DNA of 64,000 bases from Clostridia bacterium (GCA_016935835.1 JAFGQE010000158.1:2256-66255), one strand, 5' to 3'; shown: positions 19,942 through 29,870, counted from the first letter of the stretch. The notes: a model not told the origin generated them from the sequence alone. Numbers and translations are program-made.

Positions 19942-21397
19942 TATTATTTTCATCATGACGGATGACCACGCAAGCCATGCGATGGGCTGCTACGGCAGCA
20001 GGATAAACAAGACTCCGAACATGGATCGCATTGCTGAGGAAGGAATCCGGTTTGACAATTGTTTTTGCACAAATTCGATCTGCGCCCCGAGCAGGGCGAC
20101 GATCATGACGGGAACACACACGCATATCAACGGGGTCAGGACGCTCGGCGACAAGCTTGACAACCAATTGGAGACTTTTCCGAAGATCCTTCAAAGGAAT
20201 GGTTATTCGACGGCGATCATCGGCAAATGGCATCTTGGCCAGGGGGAGCGGCATTGGCCGGCTGGGTTTGATTATTGGAACGTGCTCCCGGGACAGGGGG
20301 AGTACTTCAATCCTGTAATGGTAGAGATGGGAAAGCAAAAGGTGTTTGATGGATATGCAACGGATATAATAACCGACAAATGCCTGGAATGGCTGGAAGA
20401 AAGGCCGGGGGACAGGCCGTTCATGCTTATGTGCCATCACAAGGCGCCCCACAGACCGTGGCTGTCGGATGAAAGGCATCGCAAAATGTATGCAGATGAG
20501 GATATTCCGCTTCCGGCCACATTCTTCGATGATTATGAAAACAGGTCTGAGGCGGCAAAAAACGCCGCAATGCGCATTGAAAGAGATTTTTCGGCGCTTG
20601 ACCTGAAAATCGAGGTTCCTGACGGATACGGCCTGATGGACCTTCTTCCCATGCCTGATAATGTATCCGGGGCCGGATACCGGACGATTGAAGGCGAGAA
20701 TGTAAAGTTTCAAAGCCTCAGGGAGCTGAAGGAATGGAAATACCAAAGATATATCAAGGAATATCTGAGATGTGTCGCCTCGGTGGATGACAACATCGGC
20801 AGGATGCTTGAGTGGCTCGATGAAAAGGGCTTGGCGGAAAACACAATTGTTGCATATACGTCCGACCAGGGATTTTTTCTTGGCGACCATGGATGGTACG
20901 ATAAAAGATTCATGTATGAGGAATCCCTCAGAATGCCTCTGGTTATCAGGCATCCGGCCAGGATAAAGCCGCGTTCTGTCTCTGATGCGATGGTGCTTAA
21001 TTTGGATTTTGCACCGACACTGCTTGACGCCGCCGGCATAGAGGCCCCTGATTTCATGCAGGGCCGGAGTTTCTTGCCGCTGACCGAGGGAAAAACCGCC
21101 GAGGGATGGAGACAATCTATGTATTACAGGTACTGGATGCATCTGGCTCACCACAATGTGCCGGCGCATTACGGGATCAGAACAAAGGAATATAAACTGA
21201 TACGATATTATGGGAAAGCCCTTGGAACCACCGGGTCAGTGGACATGGATACGGCGGAGGAATGGGAACTTTTTGATTTGTCAAGGGATCCGATGGAGAT
21301 GAATAATGTATACGGGGATCCCTCCTATATGAAAATCCGGGATGAGCTTTCGGAGGAACTGAAAAGGCTCAAGGAAGAAGCCGGTGACCGGGAATGA
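19928..21397 (+). CDS. Cys-type sulfatase
   Basis: IFIMTDDH...NSICAPSRATIMTG (CxPSR) ... GKWHLG are classic sulfatase motifs. Confidence 0.85.
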   Translation: MERPNIIFIMTDDHASHAMGCYGSRINKTPNMDRIAEEGIRFDNCFCTNSICAPSRATIMTGTHTHINGVRTLGDKLDNQLETFPKILQRNGYSTAIIGKWHLGQGERHWPAGFDYWNVLPGQGEYFNPVMVEMGKQKVFDGYATDIITDKCLEWLEERPGDRPFMLMCHHKAPHRPWLSDERHRKMYADEDIPLPATFFDDYENRSEAAKNAAMRIERDFSALDLKIEVPDGYGLMDLLPMPDNVSGAGYRTIEGENVKFQSLRELKEWKYQRYIKEYLRCVASVDDNIGRMLEWLDEKGLAENTIVAYTSDQGFFLGDHGWYDKRFMYEESLRMPLVIRHPARIKPRSVSDAMVLNLDFAPTLLDAAGIEAPDFMQGRSFLPLTEGKTAEGWRQSMYYRYWMHLAHHNVPAHYGIRTKEYKLIRYYGKALGTTGSVDMDTAEEWELFDLSRDPMEMNNVYGDPSYMKIRDELSEELKRLKEEAGDRE

Positions 21398-22518
21398 GCG
21401 GCTCCTGTACGAAAAGCCTGGGCATGCTGATCAAACCTGCATCGGGGAGGTGCAACCTCAGGTGCCGCTACTGCTTTTACAATTCTCCCGGCCTGATGGG
21501 AAACACTGATGAAAAGGGATTCATGAAGCCCGAAACCGCAGCCCTGCTTATAAAGAGGGCTTATGATTTTGCCGATGGTCCGGTAACTTTCGCATTCCAG
21601 GGCGGGGAACCTACTTTGTGCGGAATGGATTTTTTCAGGTATTTTGTCAAGAAGGCGAATGAATCGAACATAAAGGGCGTAAAAATCAATTTTTCCATCC
21701 AGACAAATGGAGTGGTCATTGATGAGGAGTGGGCTGATTTTTTATCAAAAAATAATTTTCTTGCAGGGCTTTCCATTGATGGTCCGTCAAGCATTCATAA
21801 TGCAAACCGGATTGATGCCCTTGGAAATCCGAGCCTGGCCGGGGCAATGAATGCCAGGAGGCTTTTTGATGAATATAAAGTGGATTACAATGTGCTTTGC
21901 GTTGTCAATTCATTGACTGCAAAAAACCCGGAACGGACGTATGAATTTTTTAAAAAGCATGGAATCGACTACATCCAATACATACCGTGCCTGGATCCCG
22001 CCGGGGAAGAGCCCGGCGGACATGATTTTTCCCTCACTCCCGAGGGGTATGAAAATTTCCTTAAGAAAACCTTCGATCTTTGGTATGGGGACCTGAAATC
22101 GGGAAAGACAGTGGTAATCAGGACATTCGACAACTATATTGCAATGCTGATGGGATACATGCCCGAAGCCTGCGGAATGTCCGGCAAATGCGCCTGCCAG
22201 TTTGTTGTCGAGGCGGATGGCAGTGTCTATCCATGCGATTTTTATGTGAATCAAAGCAATATAATAGGAAATATATTGTATGACGGAATTGAAGACATCA
22301 TCAAAAGCGAAGGCGTTGGGACGTTTTTGAAAAAAGGCCTGGAAATAAATGAAAAATGCAAAACATGCGATTGGTATTTCCTTTGCAGGGACGGCTGCAG
22401 GAGATATCGGGATCCTGACAGCAACCTGAACTATTATTGCGAATCATTCAGAAATTTTTTCAAATATGCCTATGACAGGATGGCCGGGATAGCCGCGGCG
22501 CTGTCCCAGGGCAGGTAA
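21394..22518 (+). CDS. anaerobic sulfatase-maturating enzyme (radical SAM, SPASM domain)
   Basis: CNLRCRYCFY is a CxxxCxxC radical SAM motif. The C-terminal Cys-rich SPASM region (CKTCDWYFLCRDGC) and adjacency to sulfatases support the call. Confidence 0.85.
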   Translation: MSGSCTKSLGMLIKPASGRCNLRCRYCFYNSPGLMGNTDEKGFMKPETAALLIKRAYDFADGPVTFAFQGGEPTLCGMDFFRYFVKKANESNIKGVKINFSIQTNGVVIDEEWADFLSKNNFLAGLSIDGPSSIHNANRIDALGNPSLAGAMNARRLFDEYKVDYNVLCVVNSLTAKNPERTYEFFKKHGIDYIQYIPCLDPAGEEPGGHDFSLTPEGYENFLKKTFDLWYGDLKSGKTVVIRTFDNYIAMLMGYMPEACGMSGKCACQFVVEADGSVYPCDFYVNQSNIIGNILYDGIEDIIKSEGVGTFLKKGLEINEKCKTCDWYFLCRDGCRRYRDPDSNLNYYCESFRNFFKYAYDRMAGIAAALSQGR

Positions 22519-22688
22519 GCCGGGTAAATTCATAAAAATGCGCCGGTTGGGTCCCACCGGTTCTGTTTGCGGCCAAACTGGTTTTCACTATCTTTTCAAA
22601 ACAAAAGGAAGTTGGAGGATTCTTCTTTTATTCTTAAGGCATTTTTGATATTCTAAGGGTGTAATTTACATTATGAACTGGAAGAAAA

Positions 22689-23186
22689 ATGAAGAAGCTG
22701 CTTTACTACTTCGAATTCGGAATACTGGGCATGATTGTTTGGTGTATCCTTTATGAGGGTATATCGGTTGCCATTGCCGTGACCGGCCTTGCGGCCGGGT
22801 CGCTGGCGGCTTTATTCACAAATTATTTCCTTGCTTCAAAAAAGCTGACGGGCGCCTATAGGATAGATATACCAATGCTTTTCATATTTCTATGCGTCTT
22901 GATGTACAGGATTTTCAAGTCGGGTCTTTCCGCCATCCCGCATATAATCACGGGCAGGGCTAACACCGGTATAATCGATATAACCACAAAAGTACCAGAA
23001 GGCCTGGCCTCAACGACGCTTGCGAATTCAATAACGCTGACCCCGGGAACGGTAACCATCGATAAACGGGGACAGACCATAAAGGTTTTATGGCTTGACA
23101 TGAAGACAACCGACCCTGTGGAGGCGGCTAAAATAATAAACGGATCATTGGAGAAAATTTTGATCAAGGCGGCAAAACATGATTGA
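22689..23186 (+). CDS. mrpE: Mrp/Mnh-type cation:proton antiporter subunit E
   Basis: Size, topology and position at the head of the E-F-G-B-C-D cluster. Confidence 0.55.
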   Translation: MKKLLYYFEFGILGMIVWCILYEGISVAIAVTGLAAGSLAALFTNYFLASKKLTGAYRIDIPMLFIFLCVLMYRIFKSGLSAIPHIITGRANTGIIDITTKVPEGLASTTLANSITLTPGTVTIDKRGQTIKVLWLDMKTTDPVEAAKIINGSLEKILIKAAKHD

Positions 23187-23433
23187 ATACACTGCCCATA
23201 TCCTGACGGCGGCGGCAGTCATTACGGCACTGCGAATCCTTATCGGGCCAACGGTGTGGGACCGGCTGCTAGGTTTCAATCTCCTGACATCGAAGCTGAT
23301 AATGATTATAGTGATGTGTGCGATAATTTTCGAAAAAAGTTATCTGCTGGATATCGCCCTGACATATGCCCTGCTTGGTTTTGTAAGTACGGTATTCATA
23401 GCACGCTTCGTGCGTGACAGAGGAAGGATTTAG
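23179..23433 (+). CDS. mrpF: Mrp antiporter subunit F
   Basis: 84 aa, three-TM MnhF-like protein. Confidence 0.55.
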   Translation: MIEYTAHILTAAAVITALRILIGPTVWDRLLGFNLLTSKLIMIIVMCAIIFEKSYLLDIALTYALLGFVSTVFIARFVRDRGRI

Positions 23434-23758
23434 TGTGGAAATGAGGGAAGTCATCAGCAGCGTCGTAATTGGGGCCGGGATGGTTTTCGTACTGCTGGGA
23501 GTATTCGGGATATATAGGTTTTCAAACTTCTATTCCCGTATACTCATAGCAGCGAAAGTTGATACGGTAGGGTTCATAACGATTTGCGCCGGCGTAATCA
23601 TAAGGCAGGGATTTTCATGGTTTTCGCTCAAGGTAGTGCTTTTGATGGCGGTTGCAATGATAATAAACCCGGTTGTGACCCATGCCATAGCCCATTCCGC
23701 ATATTACGGCGGGTACAGAATACACGGAGAGGGAAGCAATAATGATGCCGATAGTTGA
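23414..23758 (+). CDS. mrpG: Mrp antiporter subunit G
   Basis: 114 aa MnhG-like membrane protein. Confidence 0.55.
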   Translation: MTEEGFSVEMREVISSVVIGAGMVFVLLGVFGIYRFSNFYSRILIAAKVDTVGFITICAGVIIRQGFSWFSLKVVLLMAVAMIINPVVTHAIAHSAYYGGYRIHGEGSNNDADS

Positions 23759-24293
23759 AAAAACACTGTATGTGTCATTGATTGTATTTGCCTTCATGGC
23801 GATACAGACTCCAAAGCTCAGGCGTTCGGTGATTTTCCTTGCGGTTTTTTCGGCTGCCAGCGCTTTCGTATATATACTTCTGGGTGCGCCTGACGCAGCC
23901 CTGGCCGAAGCGGTCATAGGCAGCACAATCGCCACCGTCATATATTTGTCGGCGCTGCAAAAATACAAGGTTTTTACGGTTTATTACACGAATGAGAAGA
24001 GAAGGGAATACAGGCAAACCACTCTGATCAGAAGAAGGAATGCCGTGCTTAATGACATAGAGGCGTTCTGCACATCCAGGGACCTTGAGGCGCAGGTGGT
24101 CTATACAACCGAAAGCCTTGAATCCGTGCACAGTAAAAGAGGCTGGGACATTGTTGTAAGAAGGGACGAGGGGGTGTTCACAGTTTACGGCTTACAGCAG
24201 AACTACCATGTGGAGGAACTGGCGGCATTTCTCGGAGGAAAAAAGAAGGAGCTCGGGAATATGGGATATACCATAAGATTCATAATCGAGTAG
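23742..24293 (+). CDS. MrpA-C-terminal/MbhD-like (DUF4040) membrane protein with roughly 110 aa soluble C-terminal extension
   Basis: N-terminal three-TM DUF4040-like region (IVFAFMAIQ...AEAVIGSTIATVIYL), then a charged non-membrane tail. Confidence 0.45.
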   Translation: MMPIVEKTLYVSLIVFAFMAIQTPKLRRSVIFLAVFSAASAFVYILLGAPDAALAEAVIGSTIATVIYLSALQKYKVFTVYYTNEKRREYRQTTLIRRRNAVLNDIEAFCTSRDLEAQVVYTTESLESVHSKRGWDIVVRRDEGVFTVYGLQQNYHVEELAAFLGGKKKELGNMGYTIRFIIE

Positions 24294-24299
24294 GCTGTT

Positions 24300-24596
24300 A
24301 TGAAAAAGATTAACAAAAGACGTATGTTCATAATGTTATTTTCAGCCGTGGTATGCATCGCGGTTTTGGTGTTGGCGAGCGCTCATGAGGAAAAAATGAA
24401 ACCGGCCGCCTATGAATATTACATTGAAAACATTGTGGCGGAAGCCGGCATGCCCAATGCGGTTACGGCGATTTACCTAAGATATAGAATCTTTGATACG
24501 CTTTTCGAGGCGCTGCTGCTTGCTGCGGCGGTAAGCGCCGTTGTTTATTTTGCGGCCGAATGGGAAAAGGAAGGAGGGGCATCCGGGGATGAATGA
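24300..24596 (+). CDS. small MrpB-like membrane protein
   Basis: 98 aa two-TM protein inside the Mrp cluster. Confidence 0.35.
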   Translation: MKKINKRRMFIMLFSAVVCIAVLVLASAHEEKMKPAAYEYYIENIVAEAGMPNAVTAIYLRYRIFDTLFEALLLAAAVSAVVYFAAEWEKEGGASGDE

Positions 24597-24993
24597 AGAA
24601 AAACATAGTTCGGAAATACTTGAGGACATACTTCAGTTCATGTATCCGCTGATCATTCTTTTCGGTGCTTACATCATTTTGACCGGATTGTCGCAGCCGG
24701 GAGGCGGTTTTCAGGGAGGCGCCGTGCTTGTCGCGATTTTCATGTGCAGATATCTGGTCTATCCCGACGAGGTCCGCAGCATGAGCCTGACAAAGAGGCT
24801 TGACAAAATAATTCTCATATTCATCCTGGCGCTGGCCTCGGCCATAATGCTTATGTCTTTCCGGGAGGTATTTCCGTTCATGAACAAGATATATAATATG
24901 GCGATAGGAATCCTCATAGGAATAAAGGTGAGCTGCGGACTGACAGTTATATTCTTTACATTTGCAGAAATTAAAGGAGGAGAAGAAGATTAA
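24541..24993 (+). CDS. mrpB: Mrp antiporter subunit B
   Basis: PGGGFQGGAVL motif characteristic of MnhB/MrpB. Confidence 0.6.
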   Translation: MFILRPNGKRKEGHPGMNEEKHSSEILEDILQFMYPLIILFGAYIILTGLSQPGGGFQGGAVLVAIFMCRYLVYPDEVRSMSLTKRLDKIILIFILALASAIMLMSFREVFPFMNKIYNMAIGILIGIKVSCGLTVIFFTFAEIKGGEED

Positions 24994-25345
24994 TTTCATC
25001 AATGCCCAGAACACGTCAATAATAATTTTTTTCATAGGGTTATACGGATTATGCGCAAGAAGAAACATAATCAAGACGATAATAGCCCTTGGGATCATGA
25101 GTGGAGGGGTAATACTGTTTTTCCTTTCCATAAACAGAACCCCCGGAAGCATGCCTCCGATATTCATTGGGGAAGTGCCCGTTCCCGCGGACCCGCTGCC
25201 ACAGGCACTGGTCATAACGGCGATCGTCGTCGGAATTTCAGTAACTGCGGTAGCATTGATCATGTTTATAGCAATGTACCATAAATACGGAACCACAAAC
25301 TGGGTGAAAGCCATGAAGCACAGGATGGAAAGGGACAAGGAATGA
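24962..25345 (+). CDS. mrpC: Mrp antiporter subunit C (NuoK-like)
   Basis: 127 aa three-TM protein with NuoK/MnhC-like sequence. Confidence 0.65.
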   Translation: MQKLKEEKKINFINAQNTSIIIFFIGLYGLCARRNIIKTIIALGIMSGGVILFFLSINRTPGSMPPIFIGEVPVPADPLPQALVITAIVVGISVTAVALIMFIAMYHKYGTTNWVKAMKHRMERDKE

Positions 25346-26943
25346 TCCTCTATACATTCATGCTGATTCCGGCGGTGGCCGGTTTATTGATCTATCTCGT
25401 TCCCAAAAGACAGATGCTATGGCTTGCATTCGGGCTTCAGGCGTCGCTTCTGGTTCTTTCGGCATACAATTTTGTTTTTATCATTAACAATGGTCCCATT
25501 GAGATTGTCCTTGGAAACTTTACCAAGGTTGCCGGAATATCATTGAGATGCGATACTCTGGCAGCTGCGATGATAATGCTCGCCTCATTTATTTTCATGG
25601 TGTGTTTCCTTTTTGGCCTCCTTGATAAATTCATGAACAACCTCTTCATCTTTTTCTTCCTTGTACTGCAGGCGCTTGTAATGACTATATTCCTGTCCAG
25701 GGACCTGTTCAATCTTTATGTTGTAACCGAGGTGTCAACCATTGTCGTTTCGGTCCTCATCATGTTTAAAAAAGACAGCCGTTCCTTGTACGACGGCATG
25801 CTGTACCTTATAACTAATATTGCAGCAATGACATTTTTCCTTTTCGGGCTGGCCTTTGTATATAGAATATTCGGCACCCTTGACATGGACCTGATAGGGG
25901 CAAAAATGCATTTGGTGGAAGATGCGGGAAGCCTTGCGGTTCCATTTGGATTCCTTATGACGGGAGTAGGGCTCAAATGCGCATTTTTGCCGCTGTTCAG
26001 CTGGCTTCCCAATGCCCATGCAACCCCGTCCGCGCCATCCATCGTTTCCGTAATACTTTCAGGGCTGTATGTAAAATGCGGGATATACATGTTCATAAGG
26101 ATCAGGGAAATGTTCCTGCCCGCATTGATAGCGGACGATTTGTTCCTGATAATCGGCATTGCCACCGGCATACTGGGATTTATGCTGGCCATAGGGCAAA
26201 AAGACATAAAAATGATGCTCGCATATTCTACCATCAGCCAGATCGGCCTTATCCTCATGGGTATTGCATCGGGAGGGCAGACTTCATATTACGGAGGGGT
26301 CCTTCATGTTTTAAATCATGCCGTTTTTAAAAGCCTTTTGTTTTTATTTGCCGGTATATTGATTTCGAAATACCAAACCAGGGACATGACAAAAATCAGG
26401 GGTGTTTTCAAGAGCATGCCGTATGTAAGCATAATGGCGTTTGCAGCGATGCTTGGGATAACCGGAGCCCCGTTATTCAATGGAAGCATCTCGAAATATC
26501 TGATTGAGAGCAATTTCAAGGGAAGCATTGCGGAATATGCTGTAATTTTCATTAATCTTGGCACCATAATATATTTTATTAAATTCTCGCAGATTTTCAG
26601 GGGGGGTTCGCCCCACGGAAGGGTAAGCGTAGATATTTGGAAAAAGGCGGCGGTGACGATAATGGGCATCCTATGCCTTTTGATGGGCCTTACCGGAACT
26701 GTTGTAATAAGCAATGTTTTTCATTATAGGGTTTCATTGGATTTCTGGGGATATGTAAAGAACACTGCCATGTTTTTTGCAAGCGCAGCCATAGGATTGC
26801 TGCTTTATGGCAGGTTCTTCAGGAAACTGGAGATTATCAACAAGGGATTTTCACTTGAGCTGGGGGTAAACGGCATCGGCATAAGCATGACGTTGTTTTT
26901 CATATTCATGACATCGGCCGCATATGTAATCGCGAGGGTGTGA
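25342..26943 (+). CDS. mrpD: Mrp antiporter subunit D (NuoL/M/N-type proton-conducting transporter)
   Basis: 533 aa polytopic NuoN/MrpD-like protein. Confidence 0.75.
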   Translation: MILYTFMLIPAVAGLLIYLVPKRQMLWLAFGLQASLLVLSAYNFVFIINNGPIEIVLGNFTKVAGISLRCDTLAAAMIMLASFIFMVCFLFGLLDKFMNNLFIFFFLVLQALVMTIFLSRDLFNLYVVTEVSTIVVSVLIMFKKDSRSLYDGMLYLITNIAAMTFFLFGLAFVYRIFGTLDMDLIGAKMHLVEDAGSLAVPFGFLMTGVGLKCAFLPLFSWLPNAHATPSAPSIVSVILSGLYVKCGIYMFIRIREMFLPALIADDLFLIIGIATGILGFMLAIGQKDIKMMLAYSTISQIGLILMGIASGGQTSYYGGVLHVLNHAVFKSLLFLFAGILISKYQTRDMTKIRGVFKSMPYVSIMAFAAMLGITGAPLFNGSISKYLIESNFKGSIAEYAVIFINLGTIIYFIKFSQIFRGGSPHGRVSVDIWKKAAVTIMGILCLLMGLTGTVVISNVFHYRVSLDFWGYVKNTAMFFASAAIGLLLYGRFFRKLEIINKGFSLELGVNGIGISMTLFFIFMTSAAYVIARV

Positions 26944-27028
26944 AAAGCCCCGGGATTGTCGGCCGGTCGATTTGTATTCAGGGAAGCCCGGTTCACGTGC
27001 AAAGAGCCGGGAAAAGAAGAGGCAATTC

Positions 27029-28624
27029 ATGATTTTGTACTCCTTTATAATCATTCCCCTGGCGGCAGGCATACTTATTTATCTGGTGCCAAAGAGACAG
27101 ATGATTCGTTTTGCATTTTTACTGCAGCTTGGGCTTCTGGGATTAAGCGCATACAACTTTATCATGATCCGGCTTGAAGGACCGCGTGAAATGGTTCTGG
27201 GAGGGTTTGAAATCATTGCAGGCATATCGCTCAGATGCGACACCCTGTCAGGGGCCCTCCTGATCCTGACGGCATTCATTTTTACAATGTGCTATATATT
27301 TGGATTGATGGACAGGCTGATGAGCAATCTGTTCATCTTCCTTTTCCTTGTGCTTCAGGCCCTGGTGACCACGATATTTCTTTCCAGGGATTTGTTCAAT
27401 ATTTATGTGGTGACCGAAGTGTCCACAATAATAGTCGCCGTGCTGATAATGTTCAAAAAGGACAGCCGCTCCATATACGACGGGATGCTTTATCTGATTA
27501 CAAATATAGCGGCAATGACATTCTTCCTGTTCGGCACGGCGTTCATATACAAGAGTTTTGGAACACTGGACATTGACATGATAGAGGCGAAAATGCATGC
27601 CGTGGCCAATCCAAAGGCATTGATCCTTCCCTTCTCGCTGATCATGACCGGCGTATGCCTGAAATGTGCTTTCGTACCGTTGTTCAGCTGGCTTCCGAAG
27701 GCACACGCAACCCCGTCGGCGCCATCGATTGTCTCCGTGATACTTTCTGGTCTTTATGTGAAATGCGGGATATACATGTTCATAAGAATGAGGGAAATGT
27801 TCATGCCCGCCATTGCGATTGACGAAGTATTTTTATACATAGGCATTGCCACGGGGATAGCCGGATTCGTGATGGCGATGGCGCAGAAGGACATCAAGTT
27901 GATACTTGCATACCATACCATAAGTCAGATGGGGCTCATATTGATGGGAATCTCATACGGAAACCAGTTTTCCTATTATGGCGGCGTACTGCATTTGTTC
28001 AATCATGCCATATTCAAGAGTCTTTTGTTTTTCTTCGCGGGAATCATCATATCCAAATACAAAACAAGGGATATAACCAAAATCAGGGGGGTGTTCAAAC
28101 GAATGCCATATGTGAGCGTGATGGCTTTCGCGGCGATGCTCGGGATCACAGGGGCGCCGTTGTTCAATGGCAGCGTTTCGAAGTACTTCATAGAAAGCGG
28201 ACTTGAGGGAAGCATAGTTGAATATGAATTCATATTGATAAGCGCCGGGACGATTATTTCATTCATAAAATTTTCACAGATTTTCCCTGGGAACGGATCA
28301 GAGGGGAAGATACGGGTTGACCGATGGAAAAAGGCCGCCGTCACAATCATGGGGTTTATGTGCATTGCGATGGGATTGGGAGGCACGATAATAATCGGCG
28401 CTGTATTTAATTACGAGGTTTCGATCAATGCCGCCGGATATGCGAGGAATGCGGCCATTTTCCTTATCAGTTTGGCCGGCGGGTATTTTCTTTACACGAA
28501 ATATCTGAAAAAAACAAGATTCATCAGAGAAGGAATTTCCATTGAGCTTGGAGTAAATGAGATAGGGATCTGCATTGCGGGGTTCTTTGCATTCATTACG
28601 GCGGCTGCATATCTGATTAAATGA
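27029..28624 (+). CDS. mrpD: second MrpD paralog (tandem duplicate)
   Basis: About 75% identical to the preceding MrpD across the N-terminal 190 aa (MILYSFIIIPLAAGILIYLVPKRQM...). Start at Met 27029 behind an AAGAGG RBS. Confidence 0.75.
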   Translation: MILYSFIIIPLAAGILIYLVPKRQMIRFAFLLQLGLLGLSAYNFIMIRLEGPREMVLGGFEIIAGISLRCDTLSGALLILTAFIFTMCYIFGLMDRLMSNLFIFLFLVLQALVTTIFLSRDLFNIYVVTEVSTIIVAVLIMFKKDSRSIYDGMLYLITNIAAMTFFLFGTAFIYKSFGTLDIDMIEAKMHAVANPKALILPFSLIMTGVCLKCAFVPLFSWLPKAHATPSAPSIVSVILSGLYVKCGIYMFIRMREMFMPAIAIDEVFLYIGIATGIAGFVMAMAQKDIKLILAYHTISQMGLILMGISYGNQFSYYGGVLHLFNHAIFKSLLFFFAGIIISKYKTRDITKIRGVFKRMPYVSVMAFAAMLGITGAPLFNGSVSKYFIESGLEGSIVEYEFILISAGTIISFIKFSQIFPGNGSEGKIRVDRWKKAAVTIMGFMCIAMGLGGTIIIGAVFNYEVSINAAGYARNAAIFLISLAGGYFLYTKYLKKTRFIREGISIELGVNEIGICIAGFFAFITAAAYLIK

Positions 28625-28640
28625 CAAGGGCCGGGACCCG

Positions 28641-29717
28641 TCACCGCGGTTGACCGAAGCTGGTGTTGAGCATTCGGCCTGCTTTTATGAGACTATGATT
28701 CCTTGGAACGAGCTTAAGCTTGCCCGCCACGGTTTTCAATGGGATTGCCGTGATCCTGTTATCCTTTATTGCAACCATTTTCCCATACTTCTCATCAAGG
28801 ATCATCTGCGCCGCGTATGTGCCGAACTTTGTTGCCAGTACACGGTCGTAGGGGCTTGGCTCGCCCCCGCGCTGCTGGTATCCCGGTACCGTGACACGAA
28901 GTTCAAGGGTGGTCTTGGCCGCTATTTCGGCCGCGACCTTATAACCCATGGACGGAAATGGCAATGAAGTGTAATATGCCTTGTAATCCTTGCTTTTCAT
29001 TTTTGATTCGTCCAGCGTCATGGCCCCTTCCGCAACCGCGATTATGGAAAACTTCTTGCCTTCGGACTGCCTTTCATGAAGCTTTTCAATGACCCTGTCT
29101 ATTGAGTAAGGGAATTCAGGTATAAGAATTACATCCGCTCCGCCGGCTATTCCTGCATAAAGGGTCAGCCAGCCGGCGTCATGCCCCATGAATTCAATTA
29201 TCATTACCCGTCCATGCGATTGTGCGGTAGAATGTATGCGGTCTATTATTTCAGTCGCTATGTCGACGGCGCTATGGAAACCAAATGTAAAATCCGTGCC
29301 ATACAGGTCGTTGTCGATTGTTTTGGGAAGCCCGATTACATTAAGCCCCTTTTCACTTAGAAGGTTGGCCGTTTTGTGGGTCCCGTTGCCTCCGAGGACA
29401 ACAAGGCAATCGAGTTCGAATTTCTTGTAATTCTCAATCATTTTTTCTATTTTTTCAGGGCTTTTCTGAATTTCCTTGAAAGATTCCCGGCTGGTTCCGA
29501 GGATTGTACCCCCGAGCGTAAGGATTCCGGAAAGATCATCGGGCGACAGTCCCCGCGCGTTTCCTTCCATAAGCCCGCGGTATCCGTCCGAGAATCCGAT
29601 TGCCTTCATGCCGTATTTTTCCACCACAGGCTTGGCGACACCCCTGATTGCGGCGTTGAGACCGGGACAATCGCCTCCGCTGGTCAATATTCCGATGGTT
29701 TTATTTTTCTCGCTCAT
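28641..29717 (-). CDS. pfkA: 6-phosphofructokinase
   Basis: IGILTSGGDCPGLNAAIRGV and PKTIDND motifs. Lys at the E. coli Gly124 equivalent (PKT) hints at PPi-dependence, but GGNGT is atypical. Confidence 0.85.
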   Translation of the reverse strand: MSEKNKTIGILTSGGDCPGLNAAIRGVAKPVVEKYGMKAIGFSDGYRGLMEGNARGLSPDDLSGILTLGGTILGTSRESFKEIQKSPEKIEKMIENYKKFELDCLVVLGGNGTHKTANLLSEKGLNVIGLPKTIDNDLYGTDFTFGFHSAVDIATEIIDRIHSTAQSHGRVMIIEFMGHDAGWLTLYAGIAGGADVILIPEFPYSIDRVIEKLHERQSEGKKFSIIAVAEGAMTLDESKMKSKDYKAYYTSLPFPSMGYKVAAEIAAKTTLELRVTVPGYQQRGGEPSPYDRVLATKFGTYAAQMILDEKYGKMVAIKDNRITAIPLKTVAGKLKLVPRNHSLIKAGRMLNTSFGQPR

Positions 29718-29823
29718 TGCAGCCGCCTCCCGTAAATCACTGACTCAATTATATCAGATAAGGACGGAATATCATAAACGTTGGCATATAAGCCCGGTAA
29801 TGAACACTTAAAAAATGGAGAAG

Positions 29824-29851
29824 TAAAAAAACACCCGCCTAACGGCGGGCG
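29824..29851 (-). terminator. intrinsic terminator downstream of minus-strand hydrogenase operon
   Basis: On the minus strand: CGCCCGCC-guua-GGCGGGUG followed by U7. Confidence 0.65.
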
Positions 29852-29870
29852 TTTGAATTGCAGAAGATTG

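Noticed and set aside
22689-28624. The Mrp-like cluster being the membrane arm of a [NiFe] energy-converting hydrogenase (Mbh/Ech)
   Set aside because: No NuoB/NuoC/NuoD/NuoH/NuoI-like genes are adjacent. The hydrogenases in the window are [FeFe]-type and soluble-complex-type.
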